DNA of 64,000 nucleotides from Chitinophagaceae bacterium (GTDB taxonomy: Bacteria > Bacteroidota > Bacteroidia > Chitinophagales > Chitinophagaceae): positions 214 through 64,213 of the forward strand of contig JAULVS010000033.1 of NCBI GenBank assembly GCA_032110905.1, given 5' to 3'. Shown here piece by piece: positions 1-10,779 of this stretch. A program made the position numbers and the translations under genes. Under the pieces are notes generated by a model that worked only from the letters and a program-made list of their open reading frames with translations, searched no databases and was not told where the DNA came from. The stretch's first letter is position 1, and every line of letters begins with the position of its first letter.

Positions 1-1951
1 GCGGACTGGTATCCACTAAGTATTGCATGAAGTAGGGGTGTTGACGGAGATGGAGATAGCTTTGGTGACTGATCTCTGCCATTTCTAAAATCAGACCTTC
101 TTCTTCTTTGCTTAAAGGAATTTTTTGTCCGGCAAACACATCATTGCTGATGCCTGCATGCAGCAGTTGTTCAATATTAAACTGCGCTGCATCTGTCGTT
201 CCGAAATTGGAAGTAACGGTTTGTCCTTGTATGGTTAACTGTATTTCCTTGTTGGCGATGTTCTTTCCCATCGATGCATAGAACTGATGTGTTTTTCCGC
301 CGCCTCTTGCAGGAGGACCACCACGACCATCAAAGAAAAGAACATCAATGCCGTATTCTTTAGAAATACCGGTCAATTCTTCTTTGGCTTTGTAAATACT
401 CCAGTTAGCCATTAAATAACCTCCATCCTTTGTGCCGTCGCTGAAGCCCAGCATGATGGTCTGTTTTTTTCCTCGCTTATTAAGGTGGTTTTGATAAACA
501 GGATGTTCATACAATTCCTTCATAATTACTGTGGCTCCGTGTAGATCGTCAATTGTTTCAAATAGCGGAACGATGTCAACAGATAAATTTTCTTTTGTCC
601 ATCCGCTTAATAATAACAATTGAAATACTTCGAGTACATTTTGTGCGCTATTACACTGACTGATGATATAACGATGACATCCTTCTTCTCCGTTTAGTTC
701 CTGTATTGTGCGAATGCCCTTCATCACCTCAATAGTGTCTTTTACTAAACTTTCATCAATAGCAGAATCTTGATTGAATTTGAAATCAGGAAGTAATTCG
801 AATTTTTGTGATGATTCATTGTTGAACATAGCAGATAAAACCTTACCGTGTATAGTGCTTTCCTGTCTCACATCCAGTGCTGCAAAATGAAGGCCGAAAA
901 GCTGAACGCGGTTGATCAGTTGCTCCACTTGATGAACAAATAATCCATTGTGTTCGTGAACCAGTATCTTCCGGATATTCATCAGCGACTCCAGTATTTC
1001 TTCTTTAGTTAATGGTGTAGAATAACCGGGTATGAAAATGTTATCATAGAGTTTCGTTTCAAGTTGAGCAAGAAGCGTATCTACTCCTTTGAAAGTAAGT
1101 CGACGTTTAAGTCTTCTTACATCCATATAATAACATTTAATTACAGCTCCCCTGAGTGATGCTGCAACTTTCAGTGTTGTTTCGGCTGTAACAAAAGGAT
1201 TCCCATCTCTATCGCCTCCGGGCCAGAATCCCATTTTCACCAATGGTTTTGAAAATTCTATGCCAAGCTGAAGCTGATTTTTTAAATAAGTATTTATCTT
1301 TCCTGCAGCTGTATAAAAAACATTTTCCAAATACCAGATCAGGCTAATTGCCTCGTCGTATGGAGTGGGTTTTTGTCTTTTCAGGAAAGGCGTTTTGCCC
1401 AATTGCTGAAGATAAGTATTGATCTGTGCTGTATTATTATCTTCCAATGCTTTTGCCAGATCATGAATGATGCCCAATACTGAGCCCGGATAGAATTGAG
1501 TTGGATGGGCGGTGAGTACTAAACGAATTTCATAGTCGTTCAGTTTATCACGTAAGGCTTCTTCTTTACCGGCATGCTGTACTTCATTTAAAAGTTGTTT
1601 CAACGTTCCCGGTCCCTGCATGTCGTTCACTTCTCTAAAGGCCGCATCTTCCAGTGCATCAAAAAGTACGATTTGTCTTTCTGCATACTGAACAAAACGA
1701 AAAAGTAAATCAGTTTTTTCCTGCTCGGAAACAAAACCGGTATGCTTGCTGAAAAAATCATCAATGATGTCTGTTGGACTTTGCTTTTTTTTAAATCCTT
1801 CTTCGCAATTATTCAATAGCAATGACAACAGAATGCCGGTTTTCTCTATGCGGTGAAAGGGCAAAGAGGTAAACAGGCTGTTGTACAGCTGAAATTTGAC
1901 CCCAACCTGAGTTTTAAATTGATGGAGGCCGGTTGCTTGAGAAATAGACAT
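1..1951 (-). CDS. ppc: phosphoenolpyruvate carboxylase (3'-truncated by window edge)
   Basis: Not in ORF track because it runs off the window. ATG at 1951; manual translation gives MSISQATGLHQFKTQVGVKFQLYNSLFTSLPF, QTIMLGFSDGTKDGGY and FFDGRGGPPARGGG (PEPC motifs); frame consistent at the three positions spot-checked. Confidence 0.93.
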   Translation of the reverse strand, partial: MSISQATGLHQFKTQVGVKFQLYNSLFTSLPFHRIEKTGILLSLLLNNCEEGFKKKQSPTDIIDDFFSKHTGFVSEQEKTDLLFRFVQYAERQIVLFDALEDAAFREVNDMQGPGTLKQLLNEVQHAGKEEALRDKLNDYEIRLVLTAHPTQFYPGSVLGIIHDLAKALEDNNTAQINTYLQQLGKTPFLKRQKPTPYDEAISLIWYLENVFYTAAGKINTYLKNQLQLGIEFSKPLVKMGFWPGGDRDGNPFVTAETTLKVAASLRGAVIKCYYMDVRRLKRRLTFKGVDTLLAQLETKLYDNIFIPGYSTPLTKEEILESLMNIRKILVHEHNGLFVHQVEQLINRVQLFGLHFAALDVRQESTIHGKVLSAMFNNESSQKFELLPDFKFNQDSAIDESLVKDTIEVMKGIRTIQELNGEEGCHRYIISQCNSAQNVLEVFQLLLLSGWTKENLSVDIVPLFETIDDLHGATVIMKELYEHPVYQNHLNKRGKKQTIMLGFSDGTKDGGYLMANWSIYKAKEELTGISKEYGIDVLFFDGRGGPPARGGGKTHQFYASMGKNIANKEIQLTIQGQTVTSNFGTTDAAQFNIEQLLHAGISNDVFAGQKIPLSKEEEGLILEMAEISHQSYLHLRQHPYFMQYLVDTSP

Positions 1952-2044
1952 ATTTACTGGTTTAATGGCAGGCAACCGTTCCCACGAAATTAATACGAAC
2001 AGGTCGTTAAATAAAATTCAGATTCCTTACAATTGATCGTTTAG

Positions 2045-5000
2045 TCAGGGGGTTACTGGTTTTCTCTTTTGAAAAACATGCAGTTTGCCTCTGTTGACAG
2101 AGGTAATCCATACTTGTTCTTTGCCAATATGAAGGCTGATCATGCCTTTTGCATTTCCGTCAATATATACGCCGCTTTCCTGAATAGACAGAGGCGTGAA
2201 ACTGCCTTTCCCGTTCCCTTTCAGCATTAATCCATAAGATGCATCGTAGCGGCCAAGATGAGGGTGCATGGCATATTCATTCCCTGAAAGAAGAATATCA
2301 ATCATTCCGTCTCCGTTAAAATCTCCGGGTTGTATGCCGTAAACAGGACTCCATTGAGCAGGAGCGGGAAGTGGGTGGACGATGTATTTATTTCCTCCTT
2401 TGTTTTCTAGCCATACAGAATTAAAATTTACAGCTTCTTTCTCAACGATTACTTTCCCTTTCATATTACTCAATACTTTTTCCATTTCAGTAGTTGCGTA
2501 GGGTTTATAGGTGCTGTATTGTTTTTTTACAGATGGAATTTCTTCTGCCAGTAAATCCCTTCCTGCTGCAGGAAACGCTTTTCTTTTTCCATGCAGCACA
2601 TCTGGCTTCCATACGCTGAACATCATATCGAAACGCTTGTTCATATCGAAATCTCCTCCGTAAACACCAACAGGTTCTTTCTCTGTACCTACGCAATAAC
2701 CATTGGTGCCGAAATTGCCTGCTATCAGATCAGAATCTCCGTCGCCATCAATGTCGGCAGTACTGAGTGTATTCCACCAACCTGTTTGTTTGGATAAGTC
2801 TGTTTTTACTTCTTCGAGTTTTCCTTTCTTGTTTTCAAAATAATGAATTCCCATCCAGGTGCCCGTTACAAAAAGATCCTGGTCTTTGTCACCATCCGCA
2901 TCTATCCATAATGCATCTCTCACCAATCCAAGTGTTTTGAAACTGGGGCAAATAGTTGAGGTAACTTCTGTGAATTTGATTATTCCGTTTTTAGTATCGT
3001 TTCTAAGTATATAACTACTGCCCGACTCAGGGTAACGGGAAGGTATAAACGCAGTTCCTACAAAAAGATCCTGATCGCCGTCTCCGTCAATATCTGCATT
3101 GCGGACAATACTCTTGCTGCTAAGCAGAACAGGGATATTTGCTGCACGGGTAAAATTAGCTTTCCCGTCATTGATCAGCAGTCGGTCAGTATAACCGGCA
3201 CTGCTATCGGGGAGTAAACCGCCACCGCCGGCAAGGTAGATATCCAAATCCTTATCATTATCCGCATCAAATAAACATACTGAAGCGTCATTTGATTGTT
3301 GTTGAAAATTTTCAATAAGAATTCGTGGCATAAATCCTGCGTCACTTTGCTGTAAAAAAAGTACTGCAGGATAGGGGGCTGTGCCGCCAACAACCAGGTC
3401 TTCGAGTCCGTCTCCATTCAAATCGCCGGCTGCAAGTGCAGGTCCGTTTTGTGAATATTTAAAGGGAAGCTGTCGCTGCTGATTGAAGTCAACAAAATCA
3501 TTTTCCTGATGAAGAAAATTAAGTCCGACTTTGTTGGTCGTATTGATTAGCCAACTGTTTGTGTTAAAAGCATAAGGATTGAATGGCGTTGCATTTGATG
3601 CGCCGGCACTTTGACTGATCATTAATTCCTGATCAACTGACACGTTTGTGATGCGTTCTGTTTTACCATTTGGCCACAGGATGCGGATAGAATCAATGAT
3701 TGTATTTGTATCTAAACCAAAGTGTAGGATGTTTTCAACAGATGACATATAACCTCTGTAGGGTGATAGTTCACTTGTTTGAATTTGTTTATTGTAGTAG
3801 AGGTACGCCGTAGTGCCGATACCGTTGATATTGCTGGTATCGCCTCTGAACTTTAGTTTAAGGTAATGATGTTCGGGATGGATTTTTCTTTCCTGATTTT
3901 CCAGAAGAGAAGCTTCCATATTGGTGTTATTGATCACTATATCCAGATCGCCATCTCGGTCGAAGTCGGCATAGGCAATACCGGCCGAATAAGTTGGGAA
4001 GTTCCATCCCCAGTCGGTTGTTTTATCTGAGAAAGTGAGATTGCCGTTGTTTCGATAAACATAATTGCTAATCTGTACAGAAGGTAATTGCTGCAATGCT
4101 TCATTGAGTGTAACTGAAACACTTTGATCACGGTAGGCGATGAAGTCTAAATCTGTTATATCTTTTGGAAGTCCATTAGTGGTCATAAGGTCTTTATACC
4201 CGTCATTGTCGAGATCTGAAAGCAAAGCCGCCCAGCTCCAATCGGTATAGGGGATGCCGCTGTAATATGCGATTTCACTGAATACAGGGTCGCCGATTGT
4301 ATCGTTTTCAAGTTGGCGTGGGCCTCTGTTGAGTTGAAGCGTATTACGTACAGTCTGATAGGGAAACTGATATTTTTCACTGAGCAGGTACCAATTGTAA
4401 TCCACAGGATTCATCATCATTTTCTGGCGATAGTTGTCTTCCGGCATCATGTCCATTTCAACAATATCAACGAGTCCATCGTTGTTGATATCACCCGCAT
4501 CATTGCCCATCGCATTGAGGCTCCCTTTTTTAAAATACTCCTGGTTTTTATTGGTGAAAGTGCCGTTCCGGTTATTAATGTAGAGGAGATTTCCGCTCAG
4601 GTAATCATTACTGACATATATATCTTTCCATCCGTCCTGATTTATATCGAGGATAGAGACGCCTAGACCGTTACCTTCCCAGGTGATGCCTGCTTCTTTT
4701 GAGACATCTGTGTAAACAGCGTGCTGCAGCTGAGGATTCCAGTCGCAGCGGTATAGAATGTCATTGGTAAAACCTGTCCCATCCTTTTTAATATTTCGGA
4801 AGGTGCTTGGGTATTCTACATTGTTGAGATCGTTAACAACAAGATAAAGGTCGAGATCACCATCGTTGTCATAATCGAAGAAAGCGGCCATATGTGTGCT
4901 GACCGTATCAACAAGCCCGTATTCTTTTGCCATTTCACGAAAGCGAGGGATGCCTGTTGATTCATCCACACCTTGGTTGACATAAAGTATATCTTTCTTT

Positions 5001-5413
5001 AATTCCGGCGTTTGCCAGGCAGCGGCACATACATATAGGTCTTGCAGGCCATCGTTGTTGATATCTACGACTGTTGCACCGCGGCACCATTTTTTTTCAC
5101 CTGCAACACCAGCTTGTTCAGTCACATCTTCAAATTTTAGATTGCCGCGATTAAGGAATAATTTTGAAGGTTTCAGGCTTGCGGTAAAATAAATATCCGG
5201 TAAACTGTCGTTGTTGAAATCGGCAATGCCAACACCGCCACCATTGTACAAATACTGGTAGTTGATCATGTTTAGCATATCATTTTCAGCAATTTCATTG
5301 TTGAAGTGAAGCCCGCTTTCTACTGCACTCACATTTCTGAAAAGCGCTTTTTCTTTTTTTGTGCAAGAGAATAAAAAAACACTCACGATAAAGTATAATA
5401 ATAACAAGCGCAT
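2045..5413 (-). CDS. VCBS/FG-GAP repeat lipoprotein with ASPIC/UnbV-like domain (CRTAC1-like)
   Basis: Many DxDxDGxxD repeats; lipobox LFSC after likely start ATG 5413 (ORF track starts at TTG 5485); LHFGL motif of ASPIC/UnbV region. Confidence 0.85.
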   Translation of the reverse strand: MRLLLLYFIVSVFLFSCTKKEKALFRNVSAVESGLHFNNEIAENDMLNMINYQYLYNGGGVGIADFNNDSLPDIYFTASLKPSKLFLNRGNLKFEDVTEQAGVAGEKKWCRGATVVDINNDGLQDLYVCAAAWQTPELKKDILYVNQGVDESTGIPRFREMAKEYGLVDTVSTHMAAFFDYDNDGDLDLYLVVNDLNNVEYPSTFRNIKKDGTGFTNDILYRCDWNPQLQHAVYTDVSKEAGITWEGNGLGVSILDINQDGWKDIYVSNDYLSGNLLYINNRNGTFTNKNQEYFKKGSLNAMGNDAGDINNDGLVDIVEMDMMPEDNYRQKMMMNPVDYNWYLLSEKYQFPYQTVRNTLQLNRGPRQLENDTIGDPVFSEIAYYSGIPYTDWSWAALLSDLDNDGYKDLMTTNGLPKDITDLDFIAYRDQSVSVTLNEALQQLPSVQISNYVYRNNGNLTFSDKTTDWGWNFPTYSAGIAYADFDRDGDLDIVINNTNMEASLLENQERKIHPEHHYLKLKFRGDTSNINGIGTTAYLYYNKQIQTSELSPYRGYMSSVENILHFGLDTNTIIDSIRILWPNGKTERITNVSVDQELMISQSAGASNATPFNPYAFNTNSWLINTTNKVGLNFLHQENDFVDFNQQRQLPFKYSQNGPALAAGDLNGDGLEDLVVGGTAPYPAVLFLQQSDAGFMPRILIENFQQQSNDASVCLFDADNDKDLDIYLAGGGGLLPDSSAGYTDRLLINDGKANFTRAANIPVLLSSKSIVRNADIDGDGDQDLFVGTAFIPSRYPESGSSYILRNDTKNGIIKFTEVTSTICPSFKTLGLVRDALWIDADGDKDQDLFVTGTWMGIHYFENKKGKLEEVKTDLSKQTGWWNTLSTADIDGDGDSDLIAGNFGTNGYCVGTEKEPVGVYGGDFDMNKRFDMMFSVWKPDVLHGKRKAFPAAGRDLLAEEIPSVKKQYSTYKPYATTEMEKVLSNMKGKVIVEKEAVNFNSVWLENKGGNKYIVHPLPAPAQWSPVYGIQPGDFNGDGMIDILLSGNEYAMHPHLGRYDASYGLMLKGNGKGSFTPLSIQESGVYIDGNAKGMISLHIGKEQVWITSVNRGKLHVFQKRKPVTP

Positions 5414-5526
5414 AAGTTGAAAATTTGACCGCCTAAGGTAAGATAAAAGCAGGGTAGATTTAAATTGTAAACTATTTAGTGACAATATTGTTAGTTTTTT
5501 GATTGTAGTTTTTTATAGACCTCGTT

Positions 5527-5534
5527 TAATTTTG
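5527..5534 (+). promoter_or_regulatory. Bacteroidota sigma-70 -7 element (TAATTTTG)
   Basis: Exact TAnnTTTG 5 nt before ATG 5540. Confidence 0.6.
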
Positions 5535-5539
5535 CAGAT

Positions 5540-5719
5540 ATGGGATTTTTAAGACAATTAGCAGAGTATTTATATATCCGTAAACCGGATCCTGAACGTC
5601 CTCAGACGCAGTGGATGAAATATATGCATGGGATAAACAGAATCTCCCTGTTTTTATTTCTTTTCGCCTTGTTAGTGATGTTGATAAAACTTGTCATTAT
5701 ACCTTTATTTCGGGGGTAA
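5540..5719 (+). CDS. small membrane protein, 59 aa (DUF6728-like)
   Basis: Below ORF-track cutoff; MGFLRQLAEYLYIRKPDPERPQTQWMKYMHGINRISLFLFLFALLVMLIKLVIIPLFRG; C-terminal TM helix; TAATTTTG promoter just upstream. Confidence 0.75.
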   Translation: MGFLRQLAEYLYIRKPDPERPQTQWMKYMHGINRISLFLFLFALLVMLIKLVIIPLFRG

Positions 5720-5840
5720 TCTTGCGTTTTTTTGCTATATACTCTTGGTTTTAACGGCTTGCATTAGCACTTAAACAGGCTTCCGGTATTTTGTCATATT
5801 TGCAGAATGTCTTACTTTCACATTCTCAATCAGTTAGCGC

Positions 5841-6368
5841 ATGCAAACTTCTGAATCCCCATATTGGTACGCGGTATATACCCGTCCCAATATGGAAAAA
5901 AAAGTTACAGCAGAATTGCTCGAAAAGGGGATTGTGGCCTATTGTCCAGTTCAACGAGTACAGCGTCAATGGAGCGACCGGAAAAAAATCATAGAAGTAC
6001 CTGCTTTCAGGGGATACCTTTTTGTGCAGATTCATGATAAGATCAGGTGGGAGGTTCTTTCTACTAATGGTGCATTAAACTTTGTTTGCCACAATGGTAA
6101 ACCGGCCCGCATACCTCCTGCGGAGATAGATATTGTTCGCCGCTTTTTTCTGGATCTTGAAGAGACGCTGCTGGATGAAACAGATATATCAGTTAGCGAT
6201 ATTGCCCGTGTTTATAGTGGTGTAATGATGGGAATGGAAGGGGAAGTAGTCGATCTTAAACATCGTTATGTGGTGCTTCGCATTCCTGCATTAGGTTTGC
6301 AAATGCAAGTGAAAATACCAAAGGAAAATATACAGATTATCAAAAAGGGGAAGGCTGTTGGCGGTTAG
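5841..6368 (+). CDS. UpxY/NusG-paralog transcription antiterminator
   Basis: WYAVYTRPNMEKKV, QWSDRKKIIEVPAFRGYLFV NGN domain; KOW-like VYSGVMMGMEGEV. Confidence 0.88.
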   Translation: MQTSESPYWYAVYTRPNMEKKVTAELLEKGIVAYCPVQRVQRQWSDRKKIIEVPAFRGYLFVQIHDKIRWEVLSTNGALNFVCHNGKPARIPPAEIDIVRRFFLDLEETLLDETDISVSDIARVYSGVMMGMEGEVVDLKHRYVVLRIPALGLQMQVKIPKENIQIIKKGKAVGG

Positions 6369-6374
6369 CAGTTA

Positions 6375-6397
6375 GTCCTGAGCGAAGCGAAGGATCT
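6375..6397 (+). repeat. REP-like half element GTCCTGAGCGAAGCGAAGGATCT
   Basis: Resembles the reverse complement of the AGATTCTTCGCT...CAGAATGAC element at 52883-52937. Confidence 0.5.
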
Positions 6398-6420
6398 TCT
6401 TAACAGTTTGGAGTTAGTGT

Positions 6421-6453
6421 TAACCGATAACTTATAACCGATAACCGATCAAC
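6421..6453 (+). repeat. 7-bp periodic tract (TAACCGA-type)
   Basis: taaccga taactta taaccga taaccga tcaac immediately before glgA start. Confidence 0.8.
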
Positions 6454-6457
6454 ATCT

Positions 6458-7873
6458 ATGAACATCCTCCATGTTAGTGCTGAATGTTATCCGGTTGCCA
6501 AGGCTGGTGGTCTTGGAGATGTGGCTGGTGCACTTCCGAAATATCTCCAGCAGGCCGGACACAGAAGCAGTCTGGTAATGCCCATGTACCACACTAAATT
6601 TCTTCAATCTCATCAATGGAAAGTTGTACATAAAGGCAATGCCAATCTTGCCGACTATTTTTTCAGCTATACCGTCATTCGGGAAAGTGATCACGTACTA
6701 GGCTTTGACTTATATCTTGTTGATATTTTCGGATTGCTCGACAGGCCGGGTATTTATGGATATGAAGATGATCCGCAACGTTATACCGCTTTCCAGATTT
6801 CTGTTGTGGACTGGCTTTCTTCCTGGAATCACCATCCCGATATTGTTCATGTACATGATCATCATGCTGCCCTCATTCCTTTTTTGATGCAGCACACATA
6901 CCGATACAATCATCTTAGCCATATTCCAACTGTACTTACCATACACAATGCACAATACCAGGGATGGATGGGCTGGGAATCAGCCACGATGTTGCCTGCT
7001 TATGACTCATGGAAAACAGGTTTACTTGACTGGCAAGGGAAAATCAATCCGCTAGCATGCGGTATTCGTTGTGCTTCTAAAGTCACAACAGTGAGTGATA
7101 GTTATTTACAGGAGTTAAGCGTCAATAGCAATGGTCTTGAAAAACTTTTTGAATACGAAAAAGGTAAATGTTCAGGTATTTTGAATGGCATTGATGCGGA
7201 AGTGTGGAACCCGCAGACCGACCGTTATCTGAGGCATAAATACCATGCTGAAAACGCCGGGGAAGGAAAGCAAAAGTCTAAGCTTGAATTATGTGAAGTG
7301 TTTGGCCTTTCTCCGGAAAAACCTCTTTTTGTATTCATCGGTCGTTTGGTCGGTGATAAAGCAGCAGATTTACTTCCTTCAATTGTCGGAGATAGTTTTT
7401 ATCATATCGGTCGAGTTATGAATTTTCTTATTCTTGGCAGCGGCGATCCCGAAATTGAGGCGAGGCTCAATCAGTTGTCTGCTTTTTCTGAAAGAGATTA
7501 TGCCTGTTATATAGGATACAACGAAGCCCTGAGTCATCTGATGTATGCAGGTGCAGATTTTTTGTTGATGCCCAGCAGGGTAGAGCCTTGCGGATTGAAT
7601 CAGCTTTATGCGATGCGTTATGGAACAGTACCTTTTGTCAGAAATACAGGAGGACTCAGAGATACAGTCAGAGATATTGGTGAGCCGGATGGTTATGGTA
7701 TTGTATTTAATGAGGCAAGTACCGGAGATATCACAAATGCTGTTTGGCGGGCGATGCAGATTTATCCACAAAAAACCTATTTTTCTGAAATCAGGCAACG
7801 TATGATGGGACTTGATTACAGCTGGGAAACCTGTGTTGGAAAATATCTGGAAATTTATCAGTCACTCTACTAA
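6458..7873 (+). CDS. glgA: glycogen synthase (GT5)
   Basis: AECYPVAKAGGLGDV (KxGGL), HVHDHH, PSRVEPCGLNQL. Confidence 0.93.
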   Translation: MNILHVSAECYPVAKAGGLGDVAGALPKYLQQAGHRSSLVMPMYHTKFLQSHQWKVVHKGNANLADYFFSYTVIRESDHVLGFDLYLVDIFGLLDRPGIYGYEDDPQRYTAFQISVVDWLSSWNHHPDIVHVHDHHAALIPFLMQHTYRYNHLSHIPTVLTIHNAQYQGWMGWESATMLPAYDSWKTGLLDWQGKINPLACGIRCASKVTTVSDSYLQELSVNSNGLEKLFEYEKGKCSGILNGIDAEVWNPQTDRYLRHKYHAENAGEGKQKSKLELCEVFGLSPEKPLFVFIGRLVGDKAADLLPSIVGDSFYHIGRVMNFLILGSGDPEIEARLNQLSAFSERDYACYIGYNEALSHLMYAGADFLLMPSRVEPCGLNQLYAMRYGTVPFVRNTGGLRDTVRDIGEPDGYGIVFNEASTGDITNAVWRAMQIYPQKTYFSEIRQRMMGLDYSWETCVGKYLEIYQSLY

Positions 7874-7915
7874 AGTTTTGGCTTATTTTTAAGCAGTTTT
7901 AAAACTCTCTTTCTT

Positions 7916-9205
7916 ATGCCTCCTGCTACATATGCCAAAAAAACGCTTGCTATTATTCTTGGAGGAGGAGCAGGTACCCGTTTGTACCCCCTCACTGCGA
8001 GCAGAAGCAAGCCTGCCGTTCCCATTGCGGGTAAATATCGTTTGGTGGATATTCCCATTTCGAATTGTATGAATTCGGGTATCAACCGCATGTTTGTGCT
8101 GACTCAGTTTAATTCCGCTTCTTTAAACAAACACATAAAGAATACTTATCACTTCAGTATGTTCAGCAGTGCCTTTGTAGATATACTTGCTGCTGAACAA
8201 ACACCAGATAATACCGGTTGGTATCAAGGTACTGCAGATGCAGTGAGGCAATGTTTAAGGCATATGCTTCAACATGATGCGGAATATATTTTAATACTTT
8301 CGGGTGATCAGTTGTATCAAATGGATTTTCAAAAGATGCTGGAGGATCACATTGCGCGTGGAACTGATATCAGTATCGCAACAATTCCTGTAGCAGAAAG
8401 AGAAGCACCGGAGTTCGGTATTCTGAAAGCTGATGAGCATGGATTGATCACTTCATTCATTGAAAAACCTAAAAAAGAACAGTTGCATGAGTGGGTGAGT
8501 GATACGGGAGCAGATATGAATGCGCAGGGAAGGGTGTACCTCGCTTCTATGGGTATTTATATTTTTAACAGGAAACTATTGAATACCCTGCTGCTGGAAG
8601 AGCAGAAAGGTGCAACCGATTTCGGGAAAGAAATTATTCCTTCTTCTATTTCAAATTATAAAGTTGCAAGTTACCAGTATGATGGCTATTGGACAGATAT
8701 CGGAAATATCTATTCTTTTTTTGAAGCCAATCTTGCTTTGACTCAGGAACTTCCGGATTTTAATTTGTTTGATAATGATAATCCTGTTTATACACGCGCT
8801 AGGATGTTGCCGCCGGCAAAAATCAGCGGCACAACACTTGAAAAAACAATCATAGCGGAGGGTTCAATCATCCTAGCCAGCAGAGTAGAGAACAGTGTGA
8901 TTGGTATTCGTACGCGTATTGGTCATGGTACAACCATTGTAAGCTGCTACATCATGGGTAGTGATTACTATGAAACTTTGGAGGAAATGACGGAGGCTGT
9001 TGAAAAAGGTATTCCCAAAATCGGAATCGGTGAACGTTGCTACATCAAAAATACCATCATTGATAAGAACTGCCGTATAGGCAATGATGTCCGTATCAAT
9101 GGCGGTTCGCATCTCTCTAATGCTGATCATGCTTTGTATGCCGTGAAAGATGGCATTGTGGTTGTCAAGAAAGGCGCTATCTTGCCAGACGGATTTGTGA
9201 TTTAA
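7916..9205 (+). CDS. glgC: glucose-1-phosphate adenylyltransferase
   Basis: GGGAGTRLYPLT, KPAVPIAGKYRLVDIP, WYQGTADAV, DFGKEIIP. Confidence 0.96.
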   Translation: MPPATYAKKTLAIILGGGAGTRLYPLTASRSKPAVPIAGKYRLVDIPISNCMNSGINRMFVLTQFNSASLNKHIKNTYHFSMFSSAFVDILAAEQTPDNTGWYQGTADAVRQCLRHMLQHDAEYILILSGDQLYQMDFQKMLEDHIARGTDISIATIPVAEREAPEFGILKADEHGLITSFIEKPKKEQLHEWVSDTGADMNAQGRVYLASMGIYIFNRKLLNTLLLEEQKGATDFGKEIIPSSISNYKVASYQYDGYWTDIGNIYSFFEANLALTQELPDFNLFDNDNPVYTRARMLPPAKISGTTLEKTIIAEGSIILASRVENSVIGIRTRIGHGTTIVSCYIMGSDYYETLEEMTEAVEKGIPKIGIGERCYIKNTIIDKNCRIGNDVRINGGSHLSNADHALYAVKDGIVVVKKGAILPDGFVI

Positions 9206-9226
9206 ACCAACAAACAATCAATCGAT

Positions 9227-10747
9227 ATGTCTTCAACTATGAATGGAGCCAAGCCCCGGCTCTCTGTTGCTCAGATCATCAATATGAGCGTCGGTTTTTT
9301 GGGGATTCAGTTTGCATTCGGATTACAGAATGCCAATGTCAGCCGTATTTTTCAAACCCTTGGTGCAAAAATTGAAGAGATCCCCATTTTGTGGATTGCT
9401 GCTCCGTTGACCGGATTGATTGTTCAGCCGATCATCGGGCATATGAGTGACAAAACATGGATGGGTAAGCTTGGGCGGAGAAGACCGTTCTTCCTTGCAG
9501 GTGCCATTTTTGCATCTCTTGCATTGGTAGTTTTTCCGGGAGTTGATGCTTTGTGGATGGCAGCTGTGATGCTTTGGTTACTTGATGCTTCCATAAATAT
9601 TTCAATGGAGCCTTTTCGTGCATTTGTAGGTGATTTACTACCGGATGAACAAAGAACCACAGGTTTTGCTATGCAAAGCTTTTTTATAGGTGTAGGTGCA
9701 GTTATTTCTTCTTTGCTTCCATACCTTCTCACATCTTTTGGCATTTCTAATGAGGCTCCTGCCGGTGTAATCCCTGATTCTGTTCGTTATTCTTTTGTGA
9801 TAGGTGCAGCTGTTTATATGCTTACAATTATTTACACTGTTGTCACTACAAAGGAATATTCTCCAGAAGAATTAAAAGCGTTTGGTGAAAGCGGGCATGA
9901 AAACGGATTGGTTGAAATTAAAACTGCGGCTAAAAATTTTCTCAATAAAGGCCTCTTGTGGTTGACCATCGGACTCATTCTTTCTGCGTCGCTTTATTAC
10001 TATAACCTGAATGCAGCACACAGACTTGAGAAAGAATTATATGTTTTAACAGGAGGGATCACCGCATTCGGACTATTCCAGCTTGTTGCTTATTTTTTTC
10101 ACAGCGGAACAAGCTTCAGAGGTTTTGTTGAAGTGATTGATGACCTTAATTTTCTTCCTGCAACGATGAAGAAGCTGGCAGTAGTACAGTTTTTTTCCTG
10201 GTTTGCACTTTTTGCAATGTGGATTTATTCAACACCGGCGCTGGCACAACATCTTGCTGGCACAACAGATGCCAACTCTGCTGAATACAACCGTATCGGC
10301 AACTGGGTTGGTGTTTTGTTTGCTTATTACAATGGATTTTCTGCTCTGTTTGCTTTTCTTCTACCGGTATTAGCAAAATATTTCTCCCGACCCGGTGCTC
10401 ATATGATTTCTTTGATTGCTGGTGGTCTAGGTTTAATCTCATTTTATCTTTTCAACAACGAAAATATGCTTATCATCAGCATGGCTGGAATCGGACTCGC
10501 ATGGTGCAGTATTCTTGCTATGCCTTATTCGATTTTAACACAGGCTCTTCCTTCACATAAGATGGGAGTATACATGGGAATTTTTAATTTCTTTATTGTG
10601 ATCCCGCAAATACTGGCAGCAACATTGCTGGGTATGATGACAAAATATTTGTTTGCCGGCGAAGCAATTTATACAATCGTATTCGGTGGTTGCTCTATGA
10701 TTGTTGCAGCATTGCTGACCCTGCGTATTAAAGAAAAGTCTTTATAA
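9227..10747 (+). CDS. MFS sugar transporter (maltose/sucrose-H+ symporter-like)
   Basis: GIQFAFGLQNANVSRIFQTLGA, GRRRPFFLAG, multiple TM helices, MGVYMGIFNFFIVIPQI. Confidence 0.85.
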   Translation: MSSTMNGAKPRLSVAQIINMSVGFLGIQFAFGLQNANVSRIFQTLGAKIEEIPILWIAAPLTGLIVQPIIGHMSDKTWMGKLGRRRPFFLAGAIFASLALVVFPGVDALWMAAVMLWLLDASINISMEPFRAFVGDLLPDEQRTTGFAMQSFFIGVGAVISSLLPYLLTSFGISNEAPAGVIPDSVRYSFVIGAAVYMLTIIYTVVTTKEYSPEELKAFGESGHENGLVEIKTAAKNFLNKGLLWLTIGLILSASLYYYNLNAAHRLEKELYVLTGGITAFGLFQLVAYFFHSGTSFRGFVEVIDDLNFLPATMKKLAVVQFFSWFALFAMWIYSTPALAQHLAGTTDANSAEYNRIGNWVGVLFAYYNGFSALFAFLLPVLAKYFSRPGAHMISLIAGGLGLISFYLFNNENMLIISMAGIGLAWCSILAMPYSILTQALPSHKMGVYMGIFNFFIVIPQILAATLLGMMTKYLFAGEAIYTIVFGGCSMIVAALLTLRIKEKSL

Positions 10748-10779
10748 ACTTTAATCATTCATTGAAATATATATTTAGT

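Noticed and set aside
6360-6371. GGCGGTTAGCAG resembling the RfaH ops site
   Set aside because: It is the Gly-Gly-stop end of the UpxY gene merging into a GTT heptamer tract, and lies after rather than before the gene; likely coincidence
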